Program-made: the position numbers and the translations under genes | The notes under the pieces: model-generated | The model's database searches: none | Told to the model about the DNA's origin: nothing | Seen by the model: only the letters and a program-made list of their open reading frames with translations | Origin: a virus | Strand: one strand, 5' to 3' | IMG/VR virus record: IMGVR_UViG_3300036770_007134 | Coordinates: 7,896-71,895 of that record | Length of the DNA: 64,000 nt | In this document: positions 1 through 10,700 of the stretch, piece after piece | How the letters are laid out: every line of letters starts with the position of its first letter | Position numbering within the stretch: the stretch's first letter is position 1

Positions 1-379
1 ACCCACTAGCTATAATTGGAAGTGTAATAACATTGTATATTGGATCAAAATACAAAAGCTGCGTTGATCCAATGGTGAAATTAGTATTTATAAAATTTGA
101 ATAATCCAACTGACTAAATGAATGTATGGACATTTTATTACTAGCGGCCTCAAGCGCCCTAACCCTATCTTCCATATCTTTCAGGGCTACTGATAGAAAT
201 TTTTGATCTTTCAAAACTCTTTCAAAAGCGTTTGCCAATCTTGAATCTATATCTAAAGCTCTATTATAAAGATAGACCAAATCTTTGTAATTTTCTTCAA
301 TTCTATCATTATAGTCAGCGCTATTTACTGGTCCATTAAATTTGTAGTCTCTTTTCTTGGTATTTAAAAATTCTGACAT
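1..379 (-). CDS. Virion structural protein, 5' part only (runs off the window start)
   Basis: Not in the ORF track. ATG at 379-377, 2 nt after the upstream stop, stays open to position 1: MSEFLNTKKRDYKFNGPVNSADYNDRIEENYKDLVYLYN...; GPxxS..N motif then a heptad-like helix, as in its neighbours. Confidence 0.8.
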   Translation of the reverse strand, partial: MSEFLNTKKRDYKFNGPVNSADYNDRIEENYKDLVYLYNRALDIDSRLANAFERVLKDQKFLSVALKDMEDRVRALEAASNKMSIHSFSQLDYSNFINTNFTIGSTQLLYFDPIYNVITLPIIASG

Positions 380-381
380 TT

Positions 382-774
382 TTATTCTTTCTCTAATCTA
401 GATATTTTATTCATAAGTCGGAAAACTCTAGAACCCATTTTGCCTAATGTGTCAATTTCAAGATCCTCTAAAGCCGGAGTGTCGTTGTCTAAAAGAAAAC
501 TAACTCCATCAACAGTATAACTCAAACCATCATTAAGCTTGACTGACTCAGTGTAATCAGAGTAGTCACCACTAACATATTTCAGATAATCAGCTAAATG
601 AGACTCTATTTCGTCTAGCCTTGAAGATATTCTTGAAATATCAATTTTAAAATTATTAGATTCTGAATTTTCAGACTCACTAGACCTATAGGATCTATAC
701 CTTGTTCTACTACGAGTAAAAATTGGCTCTATATTTCTATTTGAGTTTTTTTCACTGCTGTACATAATAGCCAT
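382..774 (-). CDS. Small coiled-coil virion-associated protein (hypothetical)
   Basis: 130-aa ATG ORF packed between co-oriented genes; RYRSYRSSESEN motif followed by amphipathic helices. Confidence 0.7.
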   Translation of the reverse strand: MAIMYSSEKNSNRNIEPIFTRSRTRYRSYRSSESENSESNNFKIDISRISSRLDEIESHLADYLKYVSGDYSDYTESVKLNDGLSYTVDGVSFLLDNDTPALEDLEIDTLGKMGSRVFRLMNKISRLEKE

Positions 775-786
775 TTTTATTACCTA

Positions 787-2928
787 TCATTCATTGTTTT
801 TAAATTTTACTCTTACGCCATTAACTATTGGAGAGGTAAATACATTTTCATATCTTCTAAGATCAATCCTGTATCTAACAGCTGAAATAGCTTCTGACAC
901 ATCTGAATAGTACCTTATCATAGACGTGCCTAGTAGTTTTTTATTAGCTATAATTTCTCTAGAATTATACAATGTATCTATTGTGAATATATTATCTATT
1001 CTAGATATTTTCTGTCTAAAATCTTCTGGAGATAAATAAGACATATAATTTAGGTAAACAGTTCCATATTCACTCAAACCTACTCCAGAAAACATGGAAA
1101 ATGAAATTCCATCACCAGAGAACGGCTTATCATAACCTATGTATATTTCATTAACGCCAGACTTAAAATTCCATTCCACATCTTTAGATATAACTCCAGC
1201 TGGCAAGTCTGAAATAAGAGTTCCATTAAGAAATATGGAAAGATTGTAATCTGATCTACTTTTTGATATCTTGCTAGAAACGACTCTAGACACATCGCAC
1301 ATCACCCTGCAATCAAACATGCCAATACTCTTACTTTGTATAGATGTAGATGCAGAAATGAGTGAATTTGATAAAATAGAAGTTATTACCTGTACATTTT
1401 CGTCGTTTCTTAAACCATCAATCCAGTAATTCAGATCCTTGTAACGACTGTCTGAAATCGTATAATCTAAAATTATTTCCCTAAGCCTAAGAGCATTAAT
1501 ACCAGATAGTATATAAGGTTGAACTATTTTGTCAAAAGAATTTACTTTAGCAATTCTCCATACATTATGGTCAACATATGGGTGCTTAATCGGATTCAAG
1601 TCGTTTATATTTTGCGAAGTATAATTCTCATCTATCATTAAAAACTTAGCAGACACGAGATCTGACTCAGATGCTATGTAATCTGTCCTAACATTAGAAC
1701 CAACTAAATTTGCTATTTTATCTATCCCATCTGGAGCTAGATTAGTTGGACTAAGCCTTACCCAATTGAAATCATTGTAACTACTAGCTCCATCTAAATC
1801 TGGTGCTACATAATATTCAACATCTGAACCATTTGGGACCTGTGCATCTGACTGAATGGCAACTGAAGATATACTAAGTATATTATTGTCTATAGATGGT
1901 ATGCTAATTGGGTTAGATACGAGAACTGCTTTTTTATCATATACATTAGAAAAAATTAAAAGCTCCCTAAGTCCAAATTCATATACGTACGGCTGACTTG
2001 ATCCTGGAATAATTCTATCTGGTTCAGTTTTATATATAATAATTTGCGCACTAGAATATACCTCTGGATTAAATTGAAATATAAATCTAGAATAATCAGA
2101 CTTAGAAGACTTAACCTTAGGACTAGACAAGCCCCCAGTGGAAGTGCCCAATCTGACTGAAACCGTACATGGGGAAGAGCCAAATGTGTAGCCAGATATA
2201 GAGGAGATTACCTGACCGATGTTAGACAAAGATACATCCAACCTAATTGCTACCACTCCCTGCTTATTTGACTCATATCTATATGACCAATATGTATCAG
2301 TCAATCCATCAAACAATAAAGATGGATCATCCACAGTAGACCCATCGACTAAAGTTGAACCATCAAATGATACACTGTACTTAACATCAGCTGATGCTAT
2401 CCCACCAAGGGCCGAACTGTAAGAAAGATTATTCGATATCTTTGGTATCGAAACAAAACCTCTATCCACATCAACATATGCTGTAGTAAGATTCATGTCT
2501 ATATCAGACAATGAATTAAATGATTCATATTTAGAATAAAAAAATCCATCAGAATTATTATTTGCAAATAAAAGCTGATCTACTTTATTCTCAAGATCTC
2601 TTCTTTTAGCTTTTAGGTTATATAGTTTAGAATTTAAATTTGTTATAACGGAAAATAATTCATTATTATTTTCCGAAACACAATCGTATATAACTTCTAA
2701 ATTTAGAAGACTATTTGCCATTAGCTCATTTAATATGTCGGGATCTACATTGTTCTGCCTTTGAAGAAAATCAAAAGGTACATTGACGGGAAAACCTAGG
2801 CTGTTTATAGAAAAATACTTATTAAACTCTTTTCTAACTTCAATTTCAGAAGGTTTTACCCCCTTAGAATAAAGTATTTTATAAAGATTTAAGAGAAACT
2901 TTCTTTTTTGTATCGTAGATATATTCAC
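787..2928 (-). CDS. Baseplate/tail-fibre-region structural protein (paralog 3 of a triad)
   Basis: 713 aa; GTG start overlaps the upstream TGA (GTGA); N-terminal coiled coil, beta-rich body, C-terminal AVRYRIDL...SPIVNG. Confidence 0.75.
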   Translation of the reverse strand: MNISTIQKRKFLLNLYKILYSKGVKPSEIEVRKEFNKYFSINSLGFPVNVPFDFLQRQNNVDPDILNELMANSLLNLEVIYDCVSENNNELFSVITNLNSKLYNLKAKRRDLENKVDQLLFANNNSDGFFYSKYESFNSLSDIDMNLTTAYVDVDRGFVSIPKISNNLSYSSALGGIASADVKYSVSFDGSTLVDGSTVDDPSLLFDGLTDTYWSYRYESNKQGVVAIRLDVSLSNIGQVISSISGYTFGSSPCTVSVRLGTSTGGLSSPKVKSSKSDYSRFIFQFNPEVYSSAQIIIYKTEPDRIIPGSSQPYVYEFGLRELLIFSNVYDKKAVLVSNPISIPSIDNNILSISSVAIQSDAQVPNGSDVEYYVAPDLDGASSYNDFNWVRLSPTNLAPDGIDKIANLVGSNVRTDYIASESDLVSAKFLMIDENYTSQNINDLNPIKHPYVDHNVWRIAKVNSFDKIVQPYILSGINALRLREIILDYTISDSRYKDLNYWIDGLRNDENVQVITSILSNSLISASTSIQSKSIGMFDCRVMCDVSRVVSSKISKSRSDYNLSIFLNGTLISDLPAGVISKDVEWNFKSGVNEIYIGYDKPFSGDGISFSMFSGVGLSEYGTVYLNYMSYLSPEDFRQKISRIDNIFTIDTLYNSREIIANKKLLGTSMIRYYSDVSEAISAVRYRIDLRRYENVFTSPIVNGVRVKFKNNE

Positions 2929-5102
2929 AACTTTTGGACCTTTGCTATCAATTGATATGAGCGAATCACTGGTGTGATATTTTTATTCGTAGACTTAGAG
3001 CACCTGATCATAACTCTTAATGCCCTAACTTTATCGGGAACATCTGGGTAATTCAAATATGCGACTCCGGGTAGTTTATTCTCTTCTAATATTTTCCTAT
3101 TAAAAGCTATTACCTCTGCGATTCCCCTAAAAGAAAGTTCCACTGGAGATATCTCAAACCAGTTATTAGATCCAGTAGATATATAATATCTAAACGATAG
3201 ATCGTTAGCATACGTGTTATCGTCCGTAGCGTCGACAGATAACATTACAGACTCCACTTCATTATCAAAAGTATATAAAGACGATACAATTTCAAATTCA
3301 TCATTATATATTTCATGAGAAATAGAAAAATCTGCCAACCCTATGCTCCATCTTTTGGCGTTTAGTATTTCCTTTTTCATCTGAAGCTTTACCGGGTAAT
3401 CTTTTTCTGTTTGTGGAATGGTCAAAAAAACCTGTTCAGCAGAGAAGGTATTTTCATTAATATCAATTATAAACCTATTCCCATTCCCAGCCAATATTTC
3501 ATATGGGTTTGATCCATTGAAAGAATTCGTTACATCTTGTACCCAAGAAGCAATCCCCTCTGCAGCAGTTAGTGCGTCTTGCTCAGAAGAATACACTATG
3601 TTAGAAAAATTAATAATCGACAATTCTTCAGCATCTACGAAATCAATAATTTGCGAACCGCTGTAATCCCTGTATCCAGAAAAGTAAACCTCTTTACTCG
3701 TCTCATTTACATCTGTCAAATTAAATTTAATTGCCCAGCCCGATATCTCTCTTTCTGCTGAAGTAACGTATGTTTGAAGAGTTATAATATTATCAGGCTG
3801 AACTTTTATATTGTTAGCCAAACCCATAGATGGAATTATCTTACTTTTATCAAAAGAAACCTTCAGGTACTGGCTTTGATTTAAGAGGTCTGGATTAAAC
3901 CTCTCCATGCCATCAAATGGAGTCTTAATATCCGTTTCAATCGGCTGCCAGTAAACATGTTGGATAATTATATCCTGGTAAAAACTTTGAGAAACCTCCA
4001 CAATAAAGTAGCTTACAGGCCTTTCTGTAAATCTTATTGTAGCTGAATTGTAGAAATAATTTTTAGACATTTCTATATTTAAAGGAGATATAGATGACCC
4101 TATAAATATAGGTTCTTTTAAAATATTTTCCGAATTACCATCAGAATCAAAAGCATATATTGACTCTACCTTAACGGTGGAAAGAGATTTGAAATTTGGA
4201 GTTATGTCTATTGCATTAGCTAACTGTGGGTATCTAGACTCCAATTTAAAGGTTAATACAAGAGGGTCAGATTCCGAATGCTCAGACCAGTCATATAGTC
4301 CTCCAACTTCAACTGTAGAAGCTATATTGCCATCAGATATATATTTAAATTCATTATCATAATAGCTATTTGGTTTTTTCACATTTATCGATTCATATTC
4401 AAAATATGTAAGAGCCGTATCGTCAATGATGGATGACACGGATGACACAAAAGGTGTTTCTATGTAATCGTATTTGTAACCAAAGTCACTATTTTCATCA
4501 TCAGATCTTGAGACCCTATGATTATTTCCGGGAAATCCATTTGATGGAAGCAGTGATATTTTATATGGTGTCCATTTCTTTATATCTTTAATCGGAAAAG
4601 TTAAAGAACCATTTCTTACCACTGGAATAAGCCCCGACTTTATGCCTGATATATCAAAATTATCCATATTATCAAAAGAGTCCCCAAAATACACCAAGTC
4701 ATCAGATGGACTTTTAGTGTACATTTGAAGTATTTTAGACTTAGAAGAAATTCTATTTAAAAAAGCTTTTTCTTTCTGTATCTCAGAAAAAAATAAATTG
4801 AACGCATTTACAACTTTGGCATTGAGGTAGTCGACTTGTCTTGTGATCGAATTTATATCAGAAGTCAGCGATGTGCTAAAATTATTTATTTTAGTAGAAA
4901 ATGGAGGTTCACCGTGTATGAACGGAATATATTCGGTCATCGGCATTCCTACGTTAGAATATACCTTAGAGAGCACCTCATAATACCTGGCGATTTTTTC
5001 GTCATCATCAACAAAATCGCCATTAATCTCCTCCAAAAAAAATGATTTAAGAGAATTAAATATTTGTTCGTATACTAAAGTATTAGATGAAATTTGAGTC
5101 AT
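2925..5102 (-). CDS. Baseplate/tail-fibre-region structural protein (paralog 2 of a triad)
   Basis: 725 aa; same architecture; YYIS...WFEISP and C-terminal ALRVMI...TPVIRSY. Confidence 0.75.
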   Translation of the reverse strand: MTQISSNTLVYEQIFNSLKSFFLEEINGDFVDDDEKIARYYEVLSKVYSNVGMPMTEYIPFIHGEPPFSTKINNFSTSLTSDINSITRQVDYLNAKVVNAFNLFFSEIQKEKAFLNRISSKSKILQMYTKSPSDDLVYFGDSFDNMDNFDISGIKSGLIPVVRNGSLTFPIKDIKKWTPYKISLLPSNGFPGNNHRVSRSDDENSDFGYKYDYIETPFVSSVSSIIDDTALTYFEYESINVKKPNSYYDNEFKYISDGNIASTVEVGGLYDWSEHSESDPLVLTFKLESRYPQLANAIDITPNFKSLSTVKVESIYAFDSDGNSENILKEPIFIGSSISPLNIEMSKNYFYNSATIRFTERPVSYFIVEVSQSFYQDIIIQHVYWQPIETDIKTPFDGMERFNPDLLNQSQYLKVSFDKSKIIPSMGLANNIKVQPDNIITLQTYVTSAEREISGWAIKFNLTDVNETSKEVYFSGYRDYSGSQIIDFVDAEELSIINFSNIVYSSEQDALTAAEGIASWVQDVTNSFNGSNPYEILAGNGNRFIIDINENTFSAEQVFLTIPQTEKDYPVKLQMKKEILNAKRWSIGLADFSISHEIYNDEFEIVSSLYTFDNEVESVMLSVDATDDNTYANDLSFRYYISTGSNNWFEISPVELSFRGIAEVIAFNRKILEENKLPGVAYLNYPDVPDKVRALRVMIRCSKSTNKNITPVIRSYQLIAKVQKL

Positions 5103-5110
5103 CGATTAAC

Positions 5111-7741
5111 CTAACTTGATATTGATATTTTACTTAGTTTATCATAAAATGGATTTTTATTTGAAGTTTTCAGTTTTAACAGTAGAGCGTCTACGCTAAA
5201 TAGGCTATCTATATTTTTTAAATTTTTTCTAAGAACCATTCTAAACCTTAAACTATATGGTATATATTCATAATCAACTGTAAAGCCTTGATTAACTTGC
5301 CTGTCAAATATTATTTCTCTACCATTAGAGATAAAAAGAATCTGGTTTGATGTGTAAAAGCTTACTTTTTGTGGAGAGTCGGTATAGTTAGTGAGATCTA
5401 TACCATAAGTTCCATCATCGAACCTTATAGTAATAGGTTTATATGAATTGCCGTAGTCGCCTTCATAAAAAATGGTACCATATTTATCGCTGTATATTCT
5501 TGATGAAATGTTTGAAGATTTTACATACGGCATATAATCGAGCTTAATAACTTTTCCCGCCATTGCGGAGTCGAACACTTGACCAAACCCATTAGCTGAT
5601 TCATATCTTTTTACTGTTTCTTTAAAAGAATTATCCTTAACAAAATCAATGACATCAGGAGAATATTCTGCTTTATTTAATTCATACGCAGTAGAATAAA
5701 CTGAATTCGAATTAGAGTTCAATATAATTTCATTTATTGTGATCGAATTGGTTATCGAGTTATATGAATACTTTAATGGATCGCAGAGAAAGCCGTCTAT
5801 ATAGACCTTAATAGTGCCAATTAATGGTCTAAACCTTAGCGGAGCTGTGTATGTTGATGAGTTGAAAAATAAAACTTCAGAATCTATAGAATCTTCACCA
5901 CTGAATGCTAAAGGTTGCCAATCGCTCTCGTTTACGGGATAATCTGAGTTAGAAATTGATAATTCATAAGAAATTGAAGATGGAATATCAAACTCAGAAA
6001 CTATCACACTATCGTTAGAATTAAATCTACAAGACGCTTTAATTGCTTCGACATGAGAAGAAATAGGGATTTTTCTACTAACAAAAACAGCCTTATCAAC
6101 CTGTTTATTATTAGATAACAAAAATTCCATAGACTGGACTGAAAATGCGTACTCGTAAGCGTCAGCTTTCTCTGCTGACGCAAGAGCTCTTGTTATTCCA
6201 TTGAGTCCATAAACTTTTACGGGCCTTGAATAATCTATTGTTTTGTAGTCAAAAAAATTTGAGTTTTTAGATATCATAAAAGATGATGAGCCCAAGCTTC
6301 CAATAGATCTTGACGACGAAGGCCTATCTATATAGTTATGTGTCTCAAATAAAACACCCTTAGAATCAAGTGACGAAGCCATAGAGTTTACCAAATCTAC
6401 AAAAACAGGAGATCCCACAATACCGGTATCAGAAATTTTATCTGAGACATTAAACATTCTTAATCTATCTGACATTTTAGTCACATATCTTTTTAGTGTA
6501 TTCGGGAAAGAGTTAGAGTAATAGCTGTAATTAACGCGATTGGATTTTCTTATTTTTTCTATATCTGTTCTTTCTTTCATGAATCTATATACAACATCTT
6601 GAGATTCGCTAAATGTTTCTGCTCTTTCTAATGATTTATAATTCATGAAATGTTGTATTAACTTAGAGTTAATTTCAGATTTTATTGGAACAATTTTAGA
6701 TCTTAAATATCCAATTTGATTAAATATAATTATCATTTTATCAATAGACACTTTACCAAATGATATCTCAGACAAAGAAGAAAGCGACACAGGATGTTCT
6801 AATACTGTTTTAAATGGCTTTATCTCAGATGAATTACCAGAAGATATATTTGAAGACTGCGTAAAGTATTCATCAGTAAAAAGTATGATTTGAGACACGT
6901 ACATGTCTCTTCCATCATTCGGCACAAGCCGAATAGAGTCACATGTAACTGGTGAGTTAAAATCTATATGAACAGCGGTTTGTGCACCATTTAATATTGG
7001 ATTTGAATATGTAATATACTTAGAATAATGATCGAGTGTTGCGGACAATATATGAGGACTCTTAACTGTTGTCGTCCATGAATCTTTTAATGTTTCCGTA
7101 AAAACAGACATAAAATCCGAAGAAGAAGTAACATAATCCTGATAATTAGATTCAATATTAATACTTTTAATATTTTCTAAAACATTTACAGACTCATAAG
7201 AATTTCCCATTTTAAATGTGCCAGAAAACTGATCTATATACCCACCAGTTTCACCATTAAAAGCGTCTCCGGACCTATCCGGTATAGGAAAGTTAACCCC
7301 GTCACTAGTATAAAAGTTTAAGCTGTCGTTAAATTTTTCAATATAACCAAAATCGTATAGATCATCTTTACCAGATGTAAATTCATATGTATCAGCAAAC
7401 GTTTCTAAAGTCGCTATATCATTTTCTAGTTTTTTAATTTCCGATGAAAAGACATCTACCATAGAAGATATGGCTACACTGGTTGAATTTAAAACTCTAA
7501 AAAGTCTAGACATTCTTATAAAAGAATCTCTAAAAAGATCTATTAATATCTCTCTATTCATTACCGAAAATGGGACCACGACACCGGCAGCAAAGTCTTC
7601 CCCCACACTGAATGAGTTAATGGACGCAACTAAAGAAGAAAGCTGGTCTTTATCTACTTTCATGCTTCTAATAAGGCTGCTTACCGTAGCTCTGCTGCCT
7701 TTTGATAATGATCTAATATTTGTAGATAGTGAATCAATCAT
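5111..7741 (-). CDS. Baseplate/tail-fibre-region structural protein (paralog 1 of a triad)
   Basis: 876 aa; N-terminal coiled coil, KAVFVSRKIP, YELS...WQPL, C-terminal SLRFRMVL. Confidence 0.75.
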   Translation of the reverse strand: MIDSLSTNIRSLSKGSRATVSSLIRSMKVDKDQLSSLVASINSFSVGEDFAAGVVVPFSVMNREILIDLFRDSFIRMSRLFRVLNSTSVAISSMVDVFSSEIKKLENDIATLETFADTYEFTSGKDDLYDFGYIEKFNDSLNFYTSDGVNFPIPDRSGDAFNGETGGYIDQFSGTFKMGNSYESVNVLENIKSINIESNYQDYVTSSSDFMSVFTETLKDSWTTTVKSPHILSATLDHYSKYITYSNPILNGAQTAVHIDFNSPVTCDSIRLVPNDGRDMYVSQIILFTDEYFTQSSNISSGNSSEIKPFKTVLEHPVSLSSLSEISFGKVSIDKMIIIFNQIGYLRSKIVPIKSEINSKLIQHFMNYKSLERAETFSESQDVVYRFMKERTDIEKIRKSNRVNYSYYSNSFPNTLKRYVTKMSDRLRMFNVSDKISDTGIVGSPVFVDLVNSMASSLDSKGVLFETHNYIDRPSSSRSIGSLGSSSFMISKNSNFFDYKTIDYSRPVKVYGLNGITRALASAEKADAYEYAFSVQSMEFLLSNNKQVDKAVFVSRKIPISSHVEAIKASCRFNSNDSVIVSEFDIPSSISYELSISNSDYPVNESDWQPLAFSGEDSIDSEVLFFNSSTYTAPLRFRPLIGTIKVYIDGFLCDPLKYSYNSITNSITINEIILNSNSNSVYSTAYELNKAEYSPDVIDFVKDNSFKETVKRYESANGFGQVFDSAMAGKVIKLDYMPYVKSSNISSRIYSDKYGTIFYEGDYGNSYKPITIRFDDGTYGIDLTNYTDSPQKVSFYTSNQILFISNGREIIFDRQVNQGFTVDYEYIPYSLRFRMVLRKNLKNIDSLFSVDALLLKLKTSNKNPFYDKLSKISISS

Positions 7742-7742
7742 G

Positions 7743-10700
7743 TTAGCTCCAAGAATTTCCTTCTAAATCCTGAAGCTCAAATACCACACCAGCTGTCAGG
7801 TTACTTCTGATAATTTCGTAAACTTCAGTTTTATTTAGAAAATTATTTTCTACCTCTCTAGGTATTCTAATTATAACATATCCACCATTGGGATACGCCA
7901 TAGAAGATGGTGGATAAATATCCCAATTATTTAACACATCAGGACTATATTCCATTAACTCAACTATAGAAACATCATCAACCAAACCACCACCTCTAGT
8001 CCTTACATCTATATAATGAGGAATTTTATTATTTGGATTTCCATTTATACTAATTATTGCAATAGGTAGTGCGAAGGGGTTATAACTTGTTGATTTTTTG
8101 TTAAATATATCTGAATTATAAGTATAATTCACTGAATTGGTATTTTCATAATCATTTATAAATATATATTTTTTACTAAAATTGTCGAACGTATAAACTT
8201 TTCTAGGAAGTATATATATGTATAATGGCTTCTTGTAATCAACGTTATTTAAAAACGGATTAATTGGGACAGGGCTCCCATCAATTTGTCTTATTAATAT
8301 ATCTTTATTTTCTACAGAATAATCAACTTTAATCTCACTAAGTTCGCTAGGAAGCACTCTGGGGATAAATTCAATAACACCATTAAAACAATCAATATTT
8401 TTTATATAATTTTCAGGGACTACATCCCATGAGCCCGTGTTTCTATTTTTGAAATATACCACTACTACCGGTTTCACTATTCCAAATATAGATTCAGAGT
8501 AATTAGTTGGATGATTCCATGATAAAATAGGTGCTTTATTTAGTTGAATTCTCTCATTATCAATAATTGTAGGATTTTCATTAGAAATATCATATGATCC
8601 GTACCCATATATGTCTGACCAATCAGACATTTTGGATCTAGAAGTCTCATAGAAGGCTAAAATTTCTTGTCCTAAATAATTCTTTTTCCAGTCATTTATA
8701 TAATAGTTATTTGGAATTTTAATCATTTTAGAAAAAGAACCACTAGAAACAGGCAGCTCCCACGCATCAAATTTTGATAGTGAACTCGATAAATTTCCGA
8801 CGCGTATAGCGGACTCTGATCGGAAAGCTACAGAATATACAGGAGCTACGTACTTTAGAGGTATAGTTACAGGTGTAAAGGTTATATCTTTAGACGGTCC
8901 TATAAAATCTATATTACCAGTATTACCATCTGCATCATAGGCCAATACTCCGATGTAAACATTATTGCCGCCACTATTCCTTTGTATTAACTCTACATAA
9001 GATATAGTAGTTCCTATAAACTCTTTTTTGTCTATGTCATAGAAACCGTATATAAATCCATCTTCCAGTAGCTCAAAGTTAACTATAGAGAAAAAACCAA
9101 ATCTAGTATCAACTTCGTCATCTAAAGTGGAGTTCACATCTTTTAAACCTGAGTTGATCACCGAAGATGAAGGAAACCCAATTGGATCCCCAGAACTATC
9201 GCACAGTAATAAAACACCATCATTTACATTAACCGAATTTTTGCCTCCAGTATAAAGAATAGCTCCATCTATAGACCTAAGACTGTAGCCTTCCGGCATA
9301 GGCGTTGGCCCAACTCTAACGACTTGCGAATTAGAATAATAAATATTAGATGTTTGATACCTTAATACTATACCGACACCAGGTACAGAATATGGAGAAT
9401 CTAAGACTACAGGGGAGGCATCAACATTATCTCCCTTTTCCCATATGCCTATATTCGTATCATTATCTATAATTTTTGATATCTCATATTCAAGTATACT
9501 TGGGCTACTTATAAAGGTCGAGGAAAAGTTTATTCTAAACTCTGCGTCTTCGAAAAATAAATTTTCATCACTATTAAAGAATATATCTTTTAAAGAATAT
9601 TCATTTTCTTCAAAATTATATGTTTTAGAATCTATCGTTATTGACTTTATATAAGCTCTGGATGATCTTCTAATCAAATCATAATAACTCTGCAGAGAAT
9701 ATATACTATGTGTTACGACCTCTGATGGATTAACAATCTTTGGATAATCTTCAATTACAAACGTAAAAGTTCCAACTTTATTTTCTATTCTCGGAACCCA
9801 AACGTCTGGTTGCTCTTCATACCTGGGCTCTTCAATAACCTCTGTTACATAAGTGTACCCATAGCATTTTATTGATTTTATAGCGAACCCTTCTGCATAC
9901 CCGTTGTTAAAAGAGGTGTTTGAAATTGAGTCGCCATAAATTTCTATCCACATGTATTTCGCATTACTCTGTGCTGGTTTTATATCAGGCAAACTAATCT
10001 TTATAACACCATTTACAGGCGTTTTATTAACTACGTTTATACCAGGCATTGACTCAACGGATGCCCTGCTAGTAGCTAGACCGTATCCAACCACCCTACA
10101 ATTGGCCCAGGATGGATCAATATTAACCCTAAGCTCACTAATTGAAGTAAGACTTTCTGGAAGCTTGAAAAATATAACATCTCTAGCCTCTTTTGGATTT
10201 ACTACACCACTAAATGTTGTCTTTTTGTAAGTTTTACTATTTATTTCAGCTGCTACAGCGCAGCGCCTAGCTGCTTCTATGTACTGATATACTTTTGAAT
10301 CTATACTTGATATATATCTCAAGGCCTCATCATATATATCTCGCCTTTGTGAATAAACCCTTTTCCAAAAACTAGCTAAATACCATTTTGTCTCACTGTC
10401 AACTCTTCCATCTATGTATCTTAATTTTTCTGCGGACTGGAATGATCTAACGCCACTAGCGGTGGCTGGCCCATAATATTGATCCAAGCTATATGGATAA
10501 TAGTTTCTAGTGCCAGAATAAAAATTATTATATGTCCAAAGAGTAAACTGAACATAAGTTGCAAAAGCGCCCCTATTGACATGATTGGAGCTGGATATAT
10601 CATACCTCCATATTTTCCACGTATTACCAAGATCTATATCTCCAGTATATGGGAAAACGTTAGTCGGCTGGGTGGTAGACGTAGCTCTGAATAAACCAAT

